Source: Takakia lepidozioides
Taxonomy: Eukaryota > Plantae > Bryophyta
Length of the DNA stretch: 64,000 bases
Direction of reading: 5' to 3'
NCBI GenBank assembly: GCA_030704615.1
Contig: CM060734.1
Location: forward strand, 52,576,001 to 52,640,000
The position numbers and the translations under genes are program-made. Numbering within the stretch: position 1 is the stretch's first letter; every line of letters starts with the position of its first letter. The notes beneath the pieces are model-generated. The model saw only the letters and a list, made by a program, of their open reading frames with translations. It made no database searches and was not told the origin of the DNA. Positions 22,001-36,370 of the stretch are shown here, one piece after another.

Positions 22001-25000
22001 AGGTTCGTGACAAGAGCGAACGTCCATTATCGGCCAATACTGATACGAATATAGAACATGAGATTAATGCTAACAAGGTTGGAGATGCTAGCAATATGAG
22101 TGAAGATAGTGATGTTTCTTTTGTGTTTGTCATCATAGATCAAATTCTTGATGGATCTGTTTTCAGTCAGTCACACAAGCTTGATAAGGATCCTCAAGTA
22201 CTCATATCACTCAGTTTGGAGAGTCAAGCTTGTTACGCACACATCACAACAAGTGAAGATGCATGGTATGCAGACACAGCCGCATCGCAACATATGACCT
22301 ACAAGAAGTATTGGTTCCGAGATCTTAAGCCTGTCAAGAGGAGTATGGGGTGTTTGAGTGGCTACGGATACAACAGTTTGGGTTGCTAGAGTTGGAAATA
22401 TCGAAATCCAGTCCCTAGTTAACGGTGTTTGGCAGAAAGGGATCATCCAAAATGCACTTTATGTTCCAGATTTACGTAAGAATTTGATGTCTGTGGGACA
22501 ACTGACCGATAAGGGAGTTGTTGCTATCTATGACAAAGACTGTTGCCGCATGTATTCAAAGAAAGGCAAGTTAGTGATGGTTGGAATCAAAGAAGGCCAA
22601 CTCTGGAGAATGCAGTTCAAGGTCGATGTACCTGAAGGACAAGCCAATGTAATCACCAGTGCAACTACTGACACTGGAAGAGGTACTATCAAAAGATGGC
22701 ATGAACATTTGGGTCATGTCCATTTTGATATGATTAAGAAAATGGAGAGGGAGGGTTTGGTTACTGGTTTGAAGTTTACAGACCAAGACTCTGATGATCT
22801 TTTTATGTGTTGGATGTGCACATGGGAAGAACCATAGGCAATCTTTTCCTATAACTCATGAGCGACAGAGAGCTGAGAAGCCAGGACAATTCTATCACAC
22901 AAATGTGTGCGGTCCCATGAGTGTAGCTTCGGTAGGAGGAGCCTTATACTTTGTGTTGTTCAAGGATGACTACAGTGGATACACGTTGGTGTACTGTATT
23001 AAAAAGAAATCTGAGGTTCTTTCTTGTCTCAAGAAGATGATAGCTGAGTCAATGAGAGAAACAGGCAACAAGCTTCTCAAACTAAGGAATGATAGAGGAG
23101 GAGAGTACACTGGAAATGTGGTAAAATCTTTCCTTGACCAAGAAGGCGTTAAACATGAACTTACTTCACATTATACTCCCGAGCAAAATGGAGTAGCAGA
23201 GAGAGAGAGAGAGAATACTAGGACACTTATTGAGAGTGTTAGGTGCATGATTCATGGTCGAAACATTTCTTTGAAATTTTGGGGAGAGGCTGTTCAGACT
23301 ACAGTTTATGTTCTTAACCGAACTGGCTCACGAACCCTAGAGGGGATAACTCCGTTACAAGCATGGTGCAACCAAAAGCCTGATGTAGCACACATGCGTG
23401 TTTTTGGAAGTGATGCTTGTGTGCACATTCCAAAGCAGCTTCGAAGCAAATTGGACTCTAAGAGCAGCGAATGTATTTTTCTTGTATACAGTGCTGAAAG
23501 CAAAGCGTACCGCCTCTGGGACAGAGTGAAGAAGAGGGTTATTATTAGCAGGGATGTTATCTTTCATGAGGACACACATGTCCATACAGAAGCTGCAATA
23601 TCACAACAGCAGCCAATGCAAATTTTACATCTCATTGAAGATGTACCCCAGCAAGTTGAGGGGTCAGCACAACAAGTATTGATGCAGATAGTAGGAGCAG
23701 TGGAAGTTCTTCTATTTTTTATCAAGAAGAGAATAATCATCATGAGCATGAAAAGATCGATACTGAGGTACCTGGAAAACGGTCACGTGGACCCCCAAAT
23801 CGTTTTGGTGACTGGGTAGCCCAGCCAGGGACATATACTTCCATTGGATGTGCAGTACAACAATTAATGGAGGAACCTCAGAACTATGACCAAGCTATTA
23901 CTTTTGACCACAGAGAAGAGTGGGATAAGGCAATGACAGATGAGTATCAATCCCTGATGAAGAATGCTACATGGGAATTATGTGAGTTGCCCAAATGAAG
24001 AAAGGCTGTGAAGAGCAAATGGATATATAAGGTGAAATGTAAATCTGATGAAAGCATTGACCGCTTCAAGGCTCGGGTGGTTGCTAAAGGATATTCTCAG
24101 GAATATGGGATTGACTATGAGCAAACTTTTTCACCTGTTGCCAAGTTTGACACCATCAGGACACTCTTATCTATAGCTGCAATGGAAGATATGGAACTGC
24201 TACAGTTCGATGTGAAAACAGTTTTTCTGCATGGGGATTTGGAGGAAGAAATTTATATGGAACAACCATGGGGTTTTGAGGACAAAAAGAACCCAGGCTT
24301 AGTGTGTCGACTGCTCAAAAGTATCTATGGGCTGAAGCAAGCAAGTCGTGCCTGGAACGCCAAGTTCAATGAGTTTCTTATCTAGTATGACCTGCAGCCT
24401 ACGACAGCAGATCCTTGTGTGTACATCAATAACAAGATTAAGCCCCCTGTGCTTGCAATTGTCAAATTGTGGATGATGGGCTTGGAGGTTGCAAAGATAA
24501 ACAGAGGTTGGATCATGTGGTTGATCATCTCAACAAGGTTTTTGAGGTTACAGCAGGAGCAGCGGATTGTTATGTTGGGCTGCATATCACCCGAAACCGT
24601 GAGCAGAGGATGATCTTCATTGATCAAACTCAGTATATTTTGCGCATACTTGTGAAATATGGTTTTGATATAGCCAACACTGCCTCTACACCCATGGATT
24701 CCAATGTGCAATTGAACTTGGATGCTCATCTTAAAAATGAAGAACCAGATTTTCCATTTTCTGAGATTGTTGGGAGCATCATGTTTGCAATGCTAGGGAG
24801 TCATCCTGATATCGCATTTGCTGTGGGAACAGCTACAAAATTCTGTACCAAGCCGAAGCATGTACATTGCAATGCTATGAGAAGGATCATGAAGTATCTG
24901 CGAGGTACATCCCATTTCAAGTTATGTTATGCTGCTGGGGATAAGGAGAACACTTTGATGGCATACACAGATGCTGATTTTGCAGGAGATGTCGATGACA

Positions 25001-28000
25001 AGAAGTCGAGAAGTGGGTGCCTTGTTTTTCTGAACAGAGCACCAGTTACTTGGATTAGCCATAAGCAGGCATGTGTAGCTGGATCGATTACCGAAGCAGA
25101 ATATGTCGTTGCATCACTGACATCAAAGGAAGTTGTGTGGCTGAGGAGACTGTTGGAGGACATTGGGTTTCCACAGACTGCTCCTACCATGATTTTTGGT
25201 GATAACCAGAGTGCTATAAGGCTTGTGTACAACCCCGAGTACCATCGTCGAACCAAGCACATGATTCGTGATTTTCAGATCCATCGCTTGGTTCAACTGT
25301 CGTATATTGGCACTCATGACTAGATCGCAGATATCCTTACAAAAGCTCTACCAGCAGACAAGTTCAATCGTTTTCGTTTTCTGCTTGGGCTTACCTACGA
25401 TCAATGAGTGGAAGGTTCACGTTACATTGATCAGTTTTTCTTTGATCATGAGTTGGTGCATCCACAATGAGTGGAAGTGATTTCATTGTGTATACGATGA
25501 ATGATTCGTTGGACACATAGATGAATTAGTATGCTAGATCATAGGATTCAAACTGTTTCCCGCCTAAGTGTGTTCCCGCCTAACTGGCTATGGCATCTCT
25601 CTGATCTGGTGTAGTTAGATATATGCTCGTGTGTACTCTCTATCTAGACCTTGTATGAGCATCTTTTGAGCATGTCGTTGCTCCGTTTCTTACAATTGGT
25701 CTATTGTTCTTCCTTTCTATTCTAGTGAGTATTCATTTACGTTCAACAGGAATGTACAAAGCCAAGAAAGTCACTGGAAAATAAAGAAGTGCCAAAGATT
25801 GACACTGGCTCATCGAAGGTGCATCGGGCCTTCATGGCTTCAGAGTCAGGACCCTGCTCACAACATTGGTACATGGATAGTTGTTGCTCACAGCACATGT
25901 GCCAGAATCGAAGTTGGTTCTGAACTTACAGCGATATCTCAGAAGAGAAGCAAGCGGTGGAAGGGATCGGAGGTGTGGTGCTGTATGCACAAGGGATAGG
26001 TGACATTATTTTCCACACCTGGGTTGATGGAAAACAGACCACAGGAATTGTCAAGGATGTTGTCCATGTGCCCAAGCTTGGCAGAAACTTATTCTCTACC
26101 TCTCAAGGAGCCCAGAAATGAATTGATACCCTACACACCAAAGGAGGATGTTGTCTTATGGCTGATGGAGAAGTTGTGATGAAGGGAGTGGAAGAGTATG
26201 GAATCTATAGACTTTCAATGACGGTGGTATCCTCGTTGGAGTCCTCAGGAAACACCGCATTCTCCGCCAGTACAATTAGTGTACAGAGCAAAAAGGGCTG
26301 CACTCAGAGCTTGGACGTTTGGCACAAAAGACTTGGTCATGTCCATCATGGAATGATCAAGCATATGGAGAATAGAGACATGGTTGATGGATTGTTTATT
26401 TCAGGGCAAAGGGAGGATCCACCTTTTTGCGTGGGCTATGCTTATGGAAAAAGCCACAGAGAGCCTTTTCCTTGGAATGAACACAGGGAGAAGACAACAG
26501 AGATCGGAGATTTGGTGCATTGTGACCTGTGTGGCCCAATCAACGTGATCAGCGTTGGTGGCGCAAGATATTTCGCATTATTTAAGGATGATCACAGCGG
26601 GTTTAGGGTCATTTTTTGCATCACACATAAAACAGCCACACTTGATTGTCTGCGTCGTTTCTATGGACAGATGCAACGTGAGACAGGTAGGACCATCAAG
26701 ATCCTCTGATCAGATAAATGAACAAAATTTTGCAATGGAAAATTTGAAGAGTTCATGAGCCAGAAAGATATCAAGCATGAGCTCACTTGCGTTTACTCCC
26801 CTGAGCAAAATGGGGTGGCGGAAAGAGACAATCGTACTATTATTGAGTCTGTGCGCAGCATGATACACGCTAGCAATGTTCACCCAGTTTTGGGGGGAGG
26901 CTGCGCACACTGCAGTGTATTTGCTCAATCGAACCGAAAGCCGTTTGCTGGACAACGTCATGTACACCATACTAGCTCTGGTATGGCATCAAGCCCTCTA
27001 TTGCTCATGTGCGAGTTTTTGGTTCCAGTGCATATGTTCACATACCTTTTGAGCTCAAGAAGAAGTTGGACCGGAGATGCAAATATTGCATCTTGATGGG
27101 TTACAGTGAGACAAGCAAAGCTTATCGTTTGTGGGATAATGAGTCCCATCGCATTATTGAAAGCCGTGATGTGCTATTCGATGAGCTCAGTCATGAGAGT
27201 GGCTCATATGGAGAGGCCCCATCTAACAGCTCTCTTATGCCCATTTGAGCGGTATTTATTTGATCCATAGGCACCAGTAGCATTGGGACCAGTGGGAGGT
27301 GCATGATGTTGATCCATTGCCCCATGTGCTTCAACCAGTGGGAGACATCATGGCCAGCAGCCCCGAGCTGCTCACTCCTCTCAAACTCACCCACTCTGGA
27401 GACGACGAGTGTGACCAGCAGAAGGCAACAGACCCCACATGTATTGGAGTTTTGAATGAGCAACAAGCTTTTGCTTCTTGGGATGACACAAGTGGCGATC
27501 CCTCCAGTAGCCTTCCAGAATTTTTGGTGTCAGAATCCGCACACCCTGGTGGCTCGTCCAGCCACGTTGAGCCTCACATGCAGCCCATGCAACTCGAAAG
27601 TCATGTATTTCCTGAGGAACGCGCCACTCGATCTAGGCATCCCCCGGAACGTTATGGCAATTGGGTTGTCCCGATTGGACATGGTAGCTACACTTGCAGT
27701 GTTGCCACCACCCAACTACCTACTGGATATTTGCCAGTCGAACCTCTGACGATTGATGCAACCCTCAAGTCTCCGGAACGCCAGCAATGGATCGAAGCAA
27801 TGCAGGAAGAATATGATTCATTAATAGAAAATGGAACCTGGCTCTTGCAAGATTTGCCAACAGGAAGAAAGGTTGTGCGTTCCAAATGGGTCTATAAGGT
27901 CAAGCTTGCAGCTGATGGAAGCGTGGCCCGTTTTAAGGCTCGTCTCGTCGCAAAGGGGTTCACCCAAAAAGAAGGTTTGGACTACACTGAAACTTTCAGC

Positions 28001-29625
28001 CTAGTGGCCAAGTTTGATTCGATTCGCACCATTCTCTCTATAGTTGCAGCGGAAGACATGGAGATCACTCAATTTGAAGTACAAACAACCTTTCTATATG
28101 GCGAAATTGATGAGGAGATATACCTTGAGCAGCTTGCAGGTTTTATTGATGTCCACCATCCCACAAAGGTCTGCCGCCTCATGAAGGCCCTCTACGGGCT
28201 GAAACAATCTTCACGAGTTTGGAACCGCAAATTCCATAGCTTCATCACTGATCACAATCTCTCTCAATCGACTGCAGATCGTTGCGTCTATGTGAGCACG
28301 GCTGATCCTCGCCTCATTGTTGCTATTTGGGTGGATGACGAGCTGGCCTGCAGCAACCAAGCCCCTTGCATCACTTATGTCCTTGGTGCCATGAAAGGAG
28401 CTTTCAGCATCACCGCAGGAAACCCTGAAATTTATGTTGGTCTTCATATTACCAGGGATAGATTCCATCGCACCATTCAGCTGGACCAAGAGCGCTACAT
28501 TCAACGTATCTTGGCACGTTTTGGCTTCACCGATTGCACCCCTATCACCATCCCTGCCGACCCCCATAGCTCTTTGGAATATGTCGCTGCCATGACAGAG
28601 CCAACTGAAACCAAATTTCCATACCGAGAGTGTGTTGGCAGTTTGCATTTTGGTGCTCAAGGAACCCGAGTGGAAATCTCCTACTCTGTAAGTCATGCAG
28701 CCAAGTACTCTGAGTCTCCAAAGCTTTCCCATGTTGGTGGTGTCAAACGCATTCTAAAATATTTACGTGGATTTCCGGCTTTGCGGATCACATACACTGC
28801 ACAGTCTACGTTTCAAAATCAGCTTGTGGCATATTGTGATGCCGATTATGCTGGTGACATGGATGAGCGCAAAAGCAGACTGGGTATGTTTTAATGCTCA
28901 ATGGAGGCCCGGTGGCATGGGGCAGCCGCAAACAATCTTGCACAGCTACCAGCACCACTGAAGCTGAGTACATAGCTGCTCATCTTGCCACCCAAGAACT
29001 CATTTGGATGCGCCGCCTCTTGCATGATTTACGCTACACACAAACTAGCCCTACAGTTTTGTACAGCGACAATCAAGCCGCAATTCGTTTGGTACAAAAT
29101 CCAGAGTTCCATAAACGCACCAAACACATTGACGTGAAATATCACAAGATCAGAGAAGTTGAAGAGAGTGGCAAGATACTTATCACGTATGTTTCTACTG
29201 CTGACAATGTGGCTAATATCCTCACCAAAGCCCTCCTTCGTGACAAGTTCTGCCGCTTCAAGACTCTACTCGGTCTCACTTCCACCGTTGCTGCTGATAG
29301 TGTTGATAGTTCAACCTCATCCCGAGTGAGAGTGTTGTAGAAATATACCTATAGTGCATATACGGTATGAGGTTGGTAGTGTACCGACCTGTAGTTGGGT
29401 AGCTTCTTGGCATAGCAAAGATAATGATGAGCTTAGTTGAGCTCGTGCAGAGAGTTCTGATTACTGTGCTTAGGTGGTGCAGCGGGTGTGAGAGAAAATG
29501 AACGATAGCAGTGTACACTTGGATTGTGAAGCTATGTGTATACTTTCACAATCAGTGTTAATACAATCTCTTTGCTATATCGTTGTGCATAATTCTTGGA
29601 GTCAATTCACTGCACTACTTCAACA
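19065..29625 (+). mobile_element. Ty1/copia LTR retrotransposon A (degenerate; hosts nested element B)
   Basis: LTRs 19065-19354 and 29333-29625 (TG..CA). TSD ACATG/ATATG. PBS GGTTATGGGCCCA. gag from 19726, integrase 26158-27248, RT 27299-28894 (WVDD), RNase H 28894-29340. Confidence 0.95.
20501..25748 (+). mobile_element. Ty1/copia LTR retrotransposon B nested in the gag zinc knuckle of A
   Basis: LTRs 20501-20777 and ~25478-25748. Perfect TSD GGAAT (20496-20500, 25749-25753). PBS GGTTATGGGCCCA. gag (CHGCGEEGHWYKEC), protease (WYADTAAS), integrase, RT and RNase H remnants with frameshifts. Confidence 0.95.
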
Positions 29626-29629
29626 ATAT

Positions 29630-30045
29630 GCAAACAAAAGATGGAGCAAGAAGGTGCAGGTACTCCTGGAACTCACTTTGTGGAAGTCTATTGTGAGGAT
29701 GAAGACGAAGTTCTGGCAGAAATGACTGCCTTGATGAGGGAGAATGATGTGAATGAGGTCAGATTGCCCAGAAACTGAACACCTATGCCGCTGCCAGTTC
29801 ATGTCAATCCTGGAAGGGTTTCTGAATCTGCACAGGAGGAGAGTGAAAGCACTACTGGAGCCATACCTAAAGGATCTGCCCCACGCATACCGAGAGGAGT
29901 GGAGGTGGGCACCAAGTCCCGAATACTCAGTCACTTTTACAAAGGAAGAATCTCCATTTCTCCAATGGATCTGATAATGACGGTGCCCGGGGAGTTGGAA
30001 AAGTTGAAGGGCTTAGTTAGAGTAGCAGTGACCCAGACAATGTAG
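29630..30045 (+). mobile_element. Possible Ty3/gypsy gag-protease-region remnant
   Basis: RILSHFYKGRISISPMDLIMTVPGELEKLKGLV resembles, from memory, a motif upstream of aspartic proteases in moss gypsy-type polyproteins. No LTRs seen. Confidence 0.35.
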
Positions 30046-30524
30046 TTTTGAAGGCCCGGGCATCCTCACACCGGATGTGTTGCGGCAATGGCCACCAATA
30101 CCATCACATGAATTGGCAATTGTAATGTCAAGAGAGAAAGATTAGCTTCTTTCTAAGTGACTCTTTTGTCTGGTGATGGGAATATTAGCTATGGCATGTA
30201 TATCAGACTGAGCCCGCTCACCTATTTCAGCAGATCATTGGTAGTACCTGGCTGCAGCACATTAGCCTCCATTTCATAAAATCAGGGTGGCCCACTCTGA
30301 TGTCTTGCTGGTCTTTGATGTTGTTGATGGTAGGCCTCCGAGAAGGTTGGAGAAGGTTTTTACCCAAGGGTGTTATATTCCTCAGCACTTTAAGGTTAAG
30401 TTTGAGTCTTGTGAGCCTTTTCTCACTTCCGAAAGTTGTAAACTGATAATTGCCATTTTTTATTTTATTTTTTTTATTTTTATTTTTTTCGGTCCAACCT
30501 TTTTTATTTTTTACCTCTTATAAC

Positions 30525-30625
30525 AGGAAGGTGGACACCTTCATGACACACCAGACGGTGGTTTGAACCCACAACCACATCCAACGTGGTATGTGCCCAT
30601 TACCACTGGGCTACGTGCTGGTTGT
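30525..30625 (-). mobile_element. tRNA-derived SINE-like repeat (copy 2)
   Basis: Minus strand reads accagcacgTAGCCCAGTGGtaatgggcacataccacgttggatgtggttgtgGGTTCAAACCaccgtctggt: A-box, B-box, residual acceptor and anticodon stems. Confidence 0.55.
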
Positions 30626-30679
30626 CATTCTATTCCTATGTTGGCATGGAATAAAAGACAACACAGGTAACATTACCAA

Positions 30680-33600
30680 GGCTTGAAGTTGAATAGTATC
30701 ACTTTTATATGTGTACTCTCTGCATGTAGCCATGCTGGTCTAGTGGATGAAGGCAGATACTACTTTGGCTAAATGCCAATGAAACCAAACAGTGTGGTGT
30801 GACGGGCCTTGCTTGGGGCCTGCAGAATCCATTGCAATGTGGAGATAGTTGAACGTGCGGCAACATCTAATTCTCAAGTGGCATGAACAGGACGCTGCAA
30901 CTTATGTGTTGCTATCAAACATCTATGCCGCAACTGTGAAAACACCTATTCTATCCAAAGTCAATCACACACATAATCGTGTAAAACATAGAACTAGATT
31001 AAATAGATCTTATATCAAGAGAGAAAGTGTTCACAAGAGAGATCTGCACTCTTTGTGTCTCGGCTGAGTCTGGTGGTACTACATCTACTCAACTGTTGAG
31101 CTCTGTACCGTTCCACACTCCTTGGTGACTTCAACCACCTAACCTCAGATGTAAGACTTGGATGTAACTGCACATCCTTAATCTATAATCTAATACATCC
31201 TACATTATACACTGACAGAGAATTATAGATGTATTCCTTCACTCCCACTAATACTTTGGCAGTATATACGTAGTGTCTTCCATCTTGTCTGAATCTTGCT
31301 TTGGCTTCTTGTTCCACTTCAATCCAGCCCCTCTCGCACAAAGAAAATGTTGCTCCTTCGGAATGCTCTTCGTCAAGAAATCAGCAATCATTTCAGATGT
31401 TGTAAAGTACTCCAATGTCATTTCCTTCGACTGGACCTTTTCTCGTATGTAGTGATACTGGATGTCAATATGCTTACTACGAGCATGAAACTTAGGATTT
31501 GCAGATAGCGCTATTGCACTTTGATTATCTGCATAAATTATAGTAGTCTTCTTCTGAACAAATCCCAAGTCCATCATCAGACTCCTGAGCCACACTGCCT
31601 CTGCTGCAGCCTTTGATAAAACCATGTATTCGGATTTAGTACTTGACAAAGCCACGGACCTCTGCATTTTGCTTGACCAGCTTACTGCATCACTTGCTAG
31701 CTTGAAGCAAAAACCCGATGTTGAATGTCAAGTGTCTATGTCTTCAGCCCAATTCACGTCTGAAAAACCTATTAGAGTTGCTTCTTTGTCCGATTTACAA
31801 TACTGAATTCCAATGTGAAAAGTGCCTTTTATGTACCTCATCACCCTCTTTGCTGCCTGCCAATGAGGCTCTCCGGGGCTCGATAGGAATTGAGCGAGAC
31901 TACCCACTGCAAATGAGCAATCAAATCGGGTGTTGACAACAGCATGCATCAAACAACCGACTGCTTGTGAATAAGACACTTCTTGCATCAAAGCTTTTCC
32001 ATATTCAGTTTGTGGGCAATTTGACTTTGTTAGCTTCTCCCTGGTCTCCATTGGGGTGTTAATTGGCTTACAATTTTCCATTTCGAATCTTTGCAGCACT
32101 CCAAGCAAATACATTTCTTGCAACAATCTGATCCATCCTTCTCCCCTGTTTCTTGAAATCTGCATCCCAAGGCAGTAGTGAATCTCCCCCATATCCATCA
32201 TTTCAAATTCAGATCCGAGGAGCTTCTTGATCTCTTACAAGAAATTCACATCATTGCTAGCCAATATAGTATCATCAACATATAATGCCAGAATAAGGTA
32301 ACTCGTGCTCTTCCGCTGCACGTAGACGTTCGAATCAGCTACGCTTCGATCAAACCCTATTGTCATTAAATAGGTGTCAAATCTTTGGTACCATGCCCAT
32401 GATGATTGCTTGAGCCCGTAAAGTGATTTATTCAGCTTACAAGCTAAACCAAATTTGCTCTCTTGTATGACTCCTTCTGGGAACTCCATATAAATGTCTT
32501 CTTCTATGAAGCCATTCAAGAAGACAGTCTTAACATCAAGTTGTTGAACTTGATCAACCAAATCAAACTGAGCCGCAAGCGCAAGTATCACTCGTATAGA
32601 TGCTAATTTGACTACTGGTGAAAAGGTCTTTGTATAATCTAGTCTAGATATCTGTGAGTATCATTTTGCTACCAATCTTGCTTTATAGCGATCCACACTC
32701 CCATCTGCCCGAAGTTTTACTTTGAACAGCCATTTACAACCTATAGGTTTTCTATTATCTGGTAGCTCCATGACTGTCCATGTTTTGTTTCTTCTTAAAG
32801 ATTCCAGCTCAGAATCTATAGCATTCTTCCATTGTTCCACTTCGGAACAAGATAAAGCCTCCTTCAAGGTAACAGGTTCATTTACAGAAGCTTGTGTGAA
32901 AAGTGCTCTCCAGGGTTTCCTACCTTCTATACTCTCAATCAACCTATTAGGTGGTTTCTTGATTCTAGTAGATCGTCTATTTCCTGGTGAGCTTGATGTC
33001 TCTCTCCTAGCCTGTCTTGAATCCCTCAGTGGTGATGGTAGTGCTCCCACTACTTGACTTGGCCTAGGAAACTGAGAGGGTATTTGAGAAGGTTGCACAC
33101 TTGGACTTGTGTGAGTGTTTTGTGGTACTATGTGAGTGCGAGGAAGTGGTAAATTATTAGTGTTTGCATACTGCTTAAAGAAAGATCGATCTAATAGCAT
33201 TGAATCTTTGTCTGCTTGTGTTCCTTATTCTATAGCATCTCCCACTGTGTCATTACTATCCTCATGGAATATCACATCTCTGCAAATGATAATTGTCTTT
33301 TGTATGGTCATTAATCTGTAACCCTTAGTCTGTTCACTATAGCCCAAAAATGTACACTCGACAGTGTGTGAGTCTAGTTTGCGTCTATTATCCTTCTGTA
33401 CTAGTGCAAAGACCTGCAAGTGTGATACATCAGGTTTCACCCTGTCCATAACTCTATGGGTGTTTTGTTATTCTGTAGAGCTTTGGTTGGTGACTTATTC
33501 TGTAGGTATGTGGCAGTCATAAGAGCTTCACCCCAATAGACATTTGGTAAGCTAGAATGGTGTAGCATGGAAAGTACTGCTTCCACTAAGGTCCTATTTT

Positions 33601-36370
33601 TCCTCTCAGACACCCCATTCTGTTGTGGTGTTCCTGCTACAGTAAACTGCCTCTTTATGCCACTCTCTTGACAGAATAAATTAAACTCATTAGAAATGTA
33701 TTCACCACCCCCATCAGCCCTTAGAACCTTGATCTTCTTACTTAGCTGATTTTCAACCAGTAACTTATACTGTTTAAACCTCTCAAATGCCTCTGACTTT
33801 TGTTTTAACAAATAAACAACAGTAAACCTTGAAAGATCATCTATAAATGTGATGAAATACTTAAACCCGTTGTGTGTGAGAGTTTGCATCGGTCCACAAA
33901 TGTCAGTATGTACGAGGCCTGACAGTTCAGTAGCTCTCGTGCCTCCCTCTACAGGGAATTTCTCTCGGTGTTGTTTTCCTGAGATGCAATCTCTACATAA
34001 TGTTAGTTTCATAACACCTACTGAATCTAGCCCTCTAACCATTGAGTTAGTTTGCATCTGATGCATTCTAGCTTGGTTCATCTGACCTAATCTACAGTGC
34101 CATGGGTATGCCTTGTTAGTCTCTAAGACAGTTGGCATTGCCATGACTTGTGAGTTCTGTAATGCAGTTCCTAGCTTATAGAGTCCGTTCTCTATCTCAC
34201 ATTTTGCTATGAGATTTCCCTTGGAATTCTTCAGGTTACAACAACCTTCTTTTATGTTCATATCTCCCCCAGCTAGGTCTGATTGCTTAATAGAAAATAA
34301 ATTCTTCTTGAGACCTGATACATAGAGCACGTCAGGTACCTCCCTTCGCTGTCCATTGCACAACAACACAATGGCTGACCCTTGGCCTGCTATTTCATGT
34401 GTTGAGTCATCCCCTAAATAGACAACCTGTCCCTATCTCCACTCTTTGTATGTCGCAAAAGTGTGTATGTCATACGCCATGTGTTGTGTGGCTCCTGAGT
34501 CCACATACCAAGTTGAATCTTTCCCTTTACTTATGATCATCGCTACTACATAGAGCTGATTGCCTTCGACTGCAACATGTCCTTGTGTTGCTTGTTTATT
34601 TGCTGCTTTAGCTGCAATCCTCTTCCTACAGTCCTTAATCATATGTCCAAACTTCTTAAAAAAAAAACACTTGATTTGCTTTTTCTTTCCTTTATTTGAG
34701 TTTGATCTTTGCCATCCTCCTTCTTGACACTACTTTTGTCCTCATTTTGCTTCTTCCTATTAAAACTATTATATGTACTAGACTTCTGTCCAGAATATAA
34801 TGCAGTTTTTGAATCTGTAGCAGGTCCAAGACTCATCATTAAAGTTTCCTCCTGTATTAAGTCTGTAATTAAAGACTGTAGACTTATATTTGGCTGTCTC
34901 CTAAAAGAGCCTATAAATGTCCGATCACTCATCGGCATACTCCTCATTAGGGATAAGACAACATCCTCGTCTGACATAGGGGAACTAGCAGCGGAAAGCT
35001 GTTCTACCAAAGATCTGAAGACATGTATATGCTTAGTGACATTTTCATTCTCTTTCATTTTTAAAGTTTGAATTTTGTCTCTAAGGTACATTTTGGTTAC
35101 TGCATCCTTTGATTCATATAACCTTGTCAACTCTCGGTATGCTTCAAAAGCTGATGTACACGACTGTACATGTGACACTACACTATTGTCCAAGCAGTTA
35201 TTAATTATGGTGAGTGAGAGGGCATCTCTCTCTTCCCAGTTCACTATTCTCCCAACATTTGTGGCTGGAAGCGCTTGTTGCCCAGCAGCAATCTGTGCTG
35301 CCGTGGGAGCCACTGGTTTTAACTCTGTCCCTACGACTAGAGCCCATAGTTTTTCTGCTTTTAACAGTAGTGTTACTCTATGCTTCCACACATGGAAGTA
35401 TGTGCCGTCAAACTTAGGAATATGCTCACATCTACTCTTTGAGCCATTCCAGTCTTTCAATCAATTATCACTTTCCAAGAAAGCATGAACATCACAGAAT
35501 TCAGGCCATGTTAGAACTTGTGTTCTTCTATAAGAAACAGAATTCTTCCACGCTGATGCATTGTGGAGAATTGTTAGTTCTCTCCTCCAAACTCTATCGA
35601 CTCCTTTTAATTTCATTGTGTGTCTCGAAATTATTAGTTCGTTCTCATTAGTGACACTCTCTCTCCCGAGCCACAACCATGGCTCTGATACCATGTGAAA
35701 ACACCTATTCTATCCAAAGTCAATCACACACATAATCGTGTAAAACATAGAACTAGATTAAATAGATCTTACATCAAGAGAGAAAGTGTTCACAAGAGAG
35801 ATCTGCACTCTCTGTGTCTCGGCTGAGTCTGGTGATACTACATCTACTCAACTGTTGAGCTCTGTACCGTTCCACATTCCTTGGTGACTTCAACCACCTA
35901 ACCACTTCAGATGTAAGACTTGGATGTAACTGCACATCCTTAATCTATAATCTAGTACATCCTACACTATACACTGACAGAGAATTATAGATGTATTCCT
36001 TCAGCAGCTGGCAGGTGGGATGATTGTGCAATGTGGGAAAATTAATGAAGGCCAGAGGGGTCAGAAAGGAGCCAGGTTGCTGCTGCATTGAGGTCAACAA
36101 CAGTTTGTTGTAGTCGACAGACGGCATCCAAAAATTGAGAATATCCATGATGCTGAGCTGAGGAGATTGTTAGGGGAGATGAAGGAGGCAGGGTATGTGC
36201 CTGACACGCGCTTTGTATTGCATGATGTGGGTGAGGAGCAGAAGGAATTTTGTCTTTGCCACCACAGTGAGAAGCTCCAAGATTGTTGGCCGAGTAATTG
36301 TTACGGGATGCTAACCGCTTTCACCAAGTGCTTCGAAGATGGGGTTTGCTCTTGTGGGGATTACTGGTGA
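30680..36370 (+). pseudogene. PPR E-DYW pseudogene split by copia C
   Basis: Before the insertion: [46 protein letters not shown] (to 30934). It resumes at 36004 with AGRWDD..KEPGCCCIEV..MKEAGYVPDTRFVL..HSEKL, then an internal deletion, then FEDGVCSCGDYW*. Confidence 0.88.
30935..36003 (-). mobile_element. Ty1/copia LTR retrotransposon C (degenerate)
   Basis: LTRs 30935-31241 and 35694-36003. TSD GCAAC/GCAGC. Canonical PBS TGGTATCAGAGCC (35693-35681). gag, protease (WYVDSGAT), integrase, RT (LYVDD) and RNase H on the minus strand. Confidence 0.95.
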
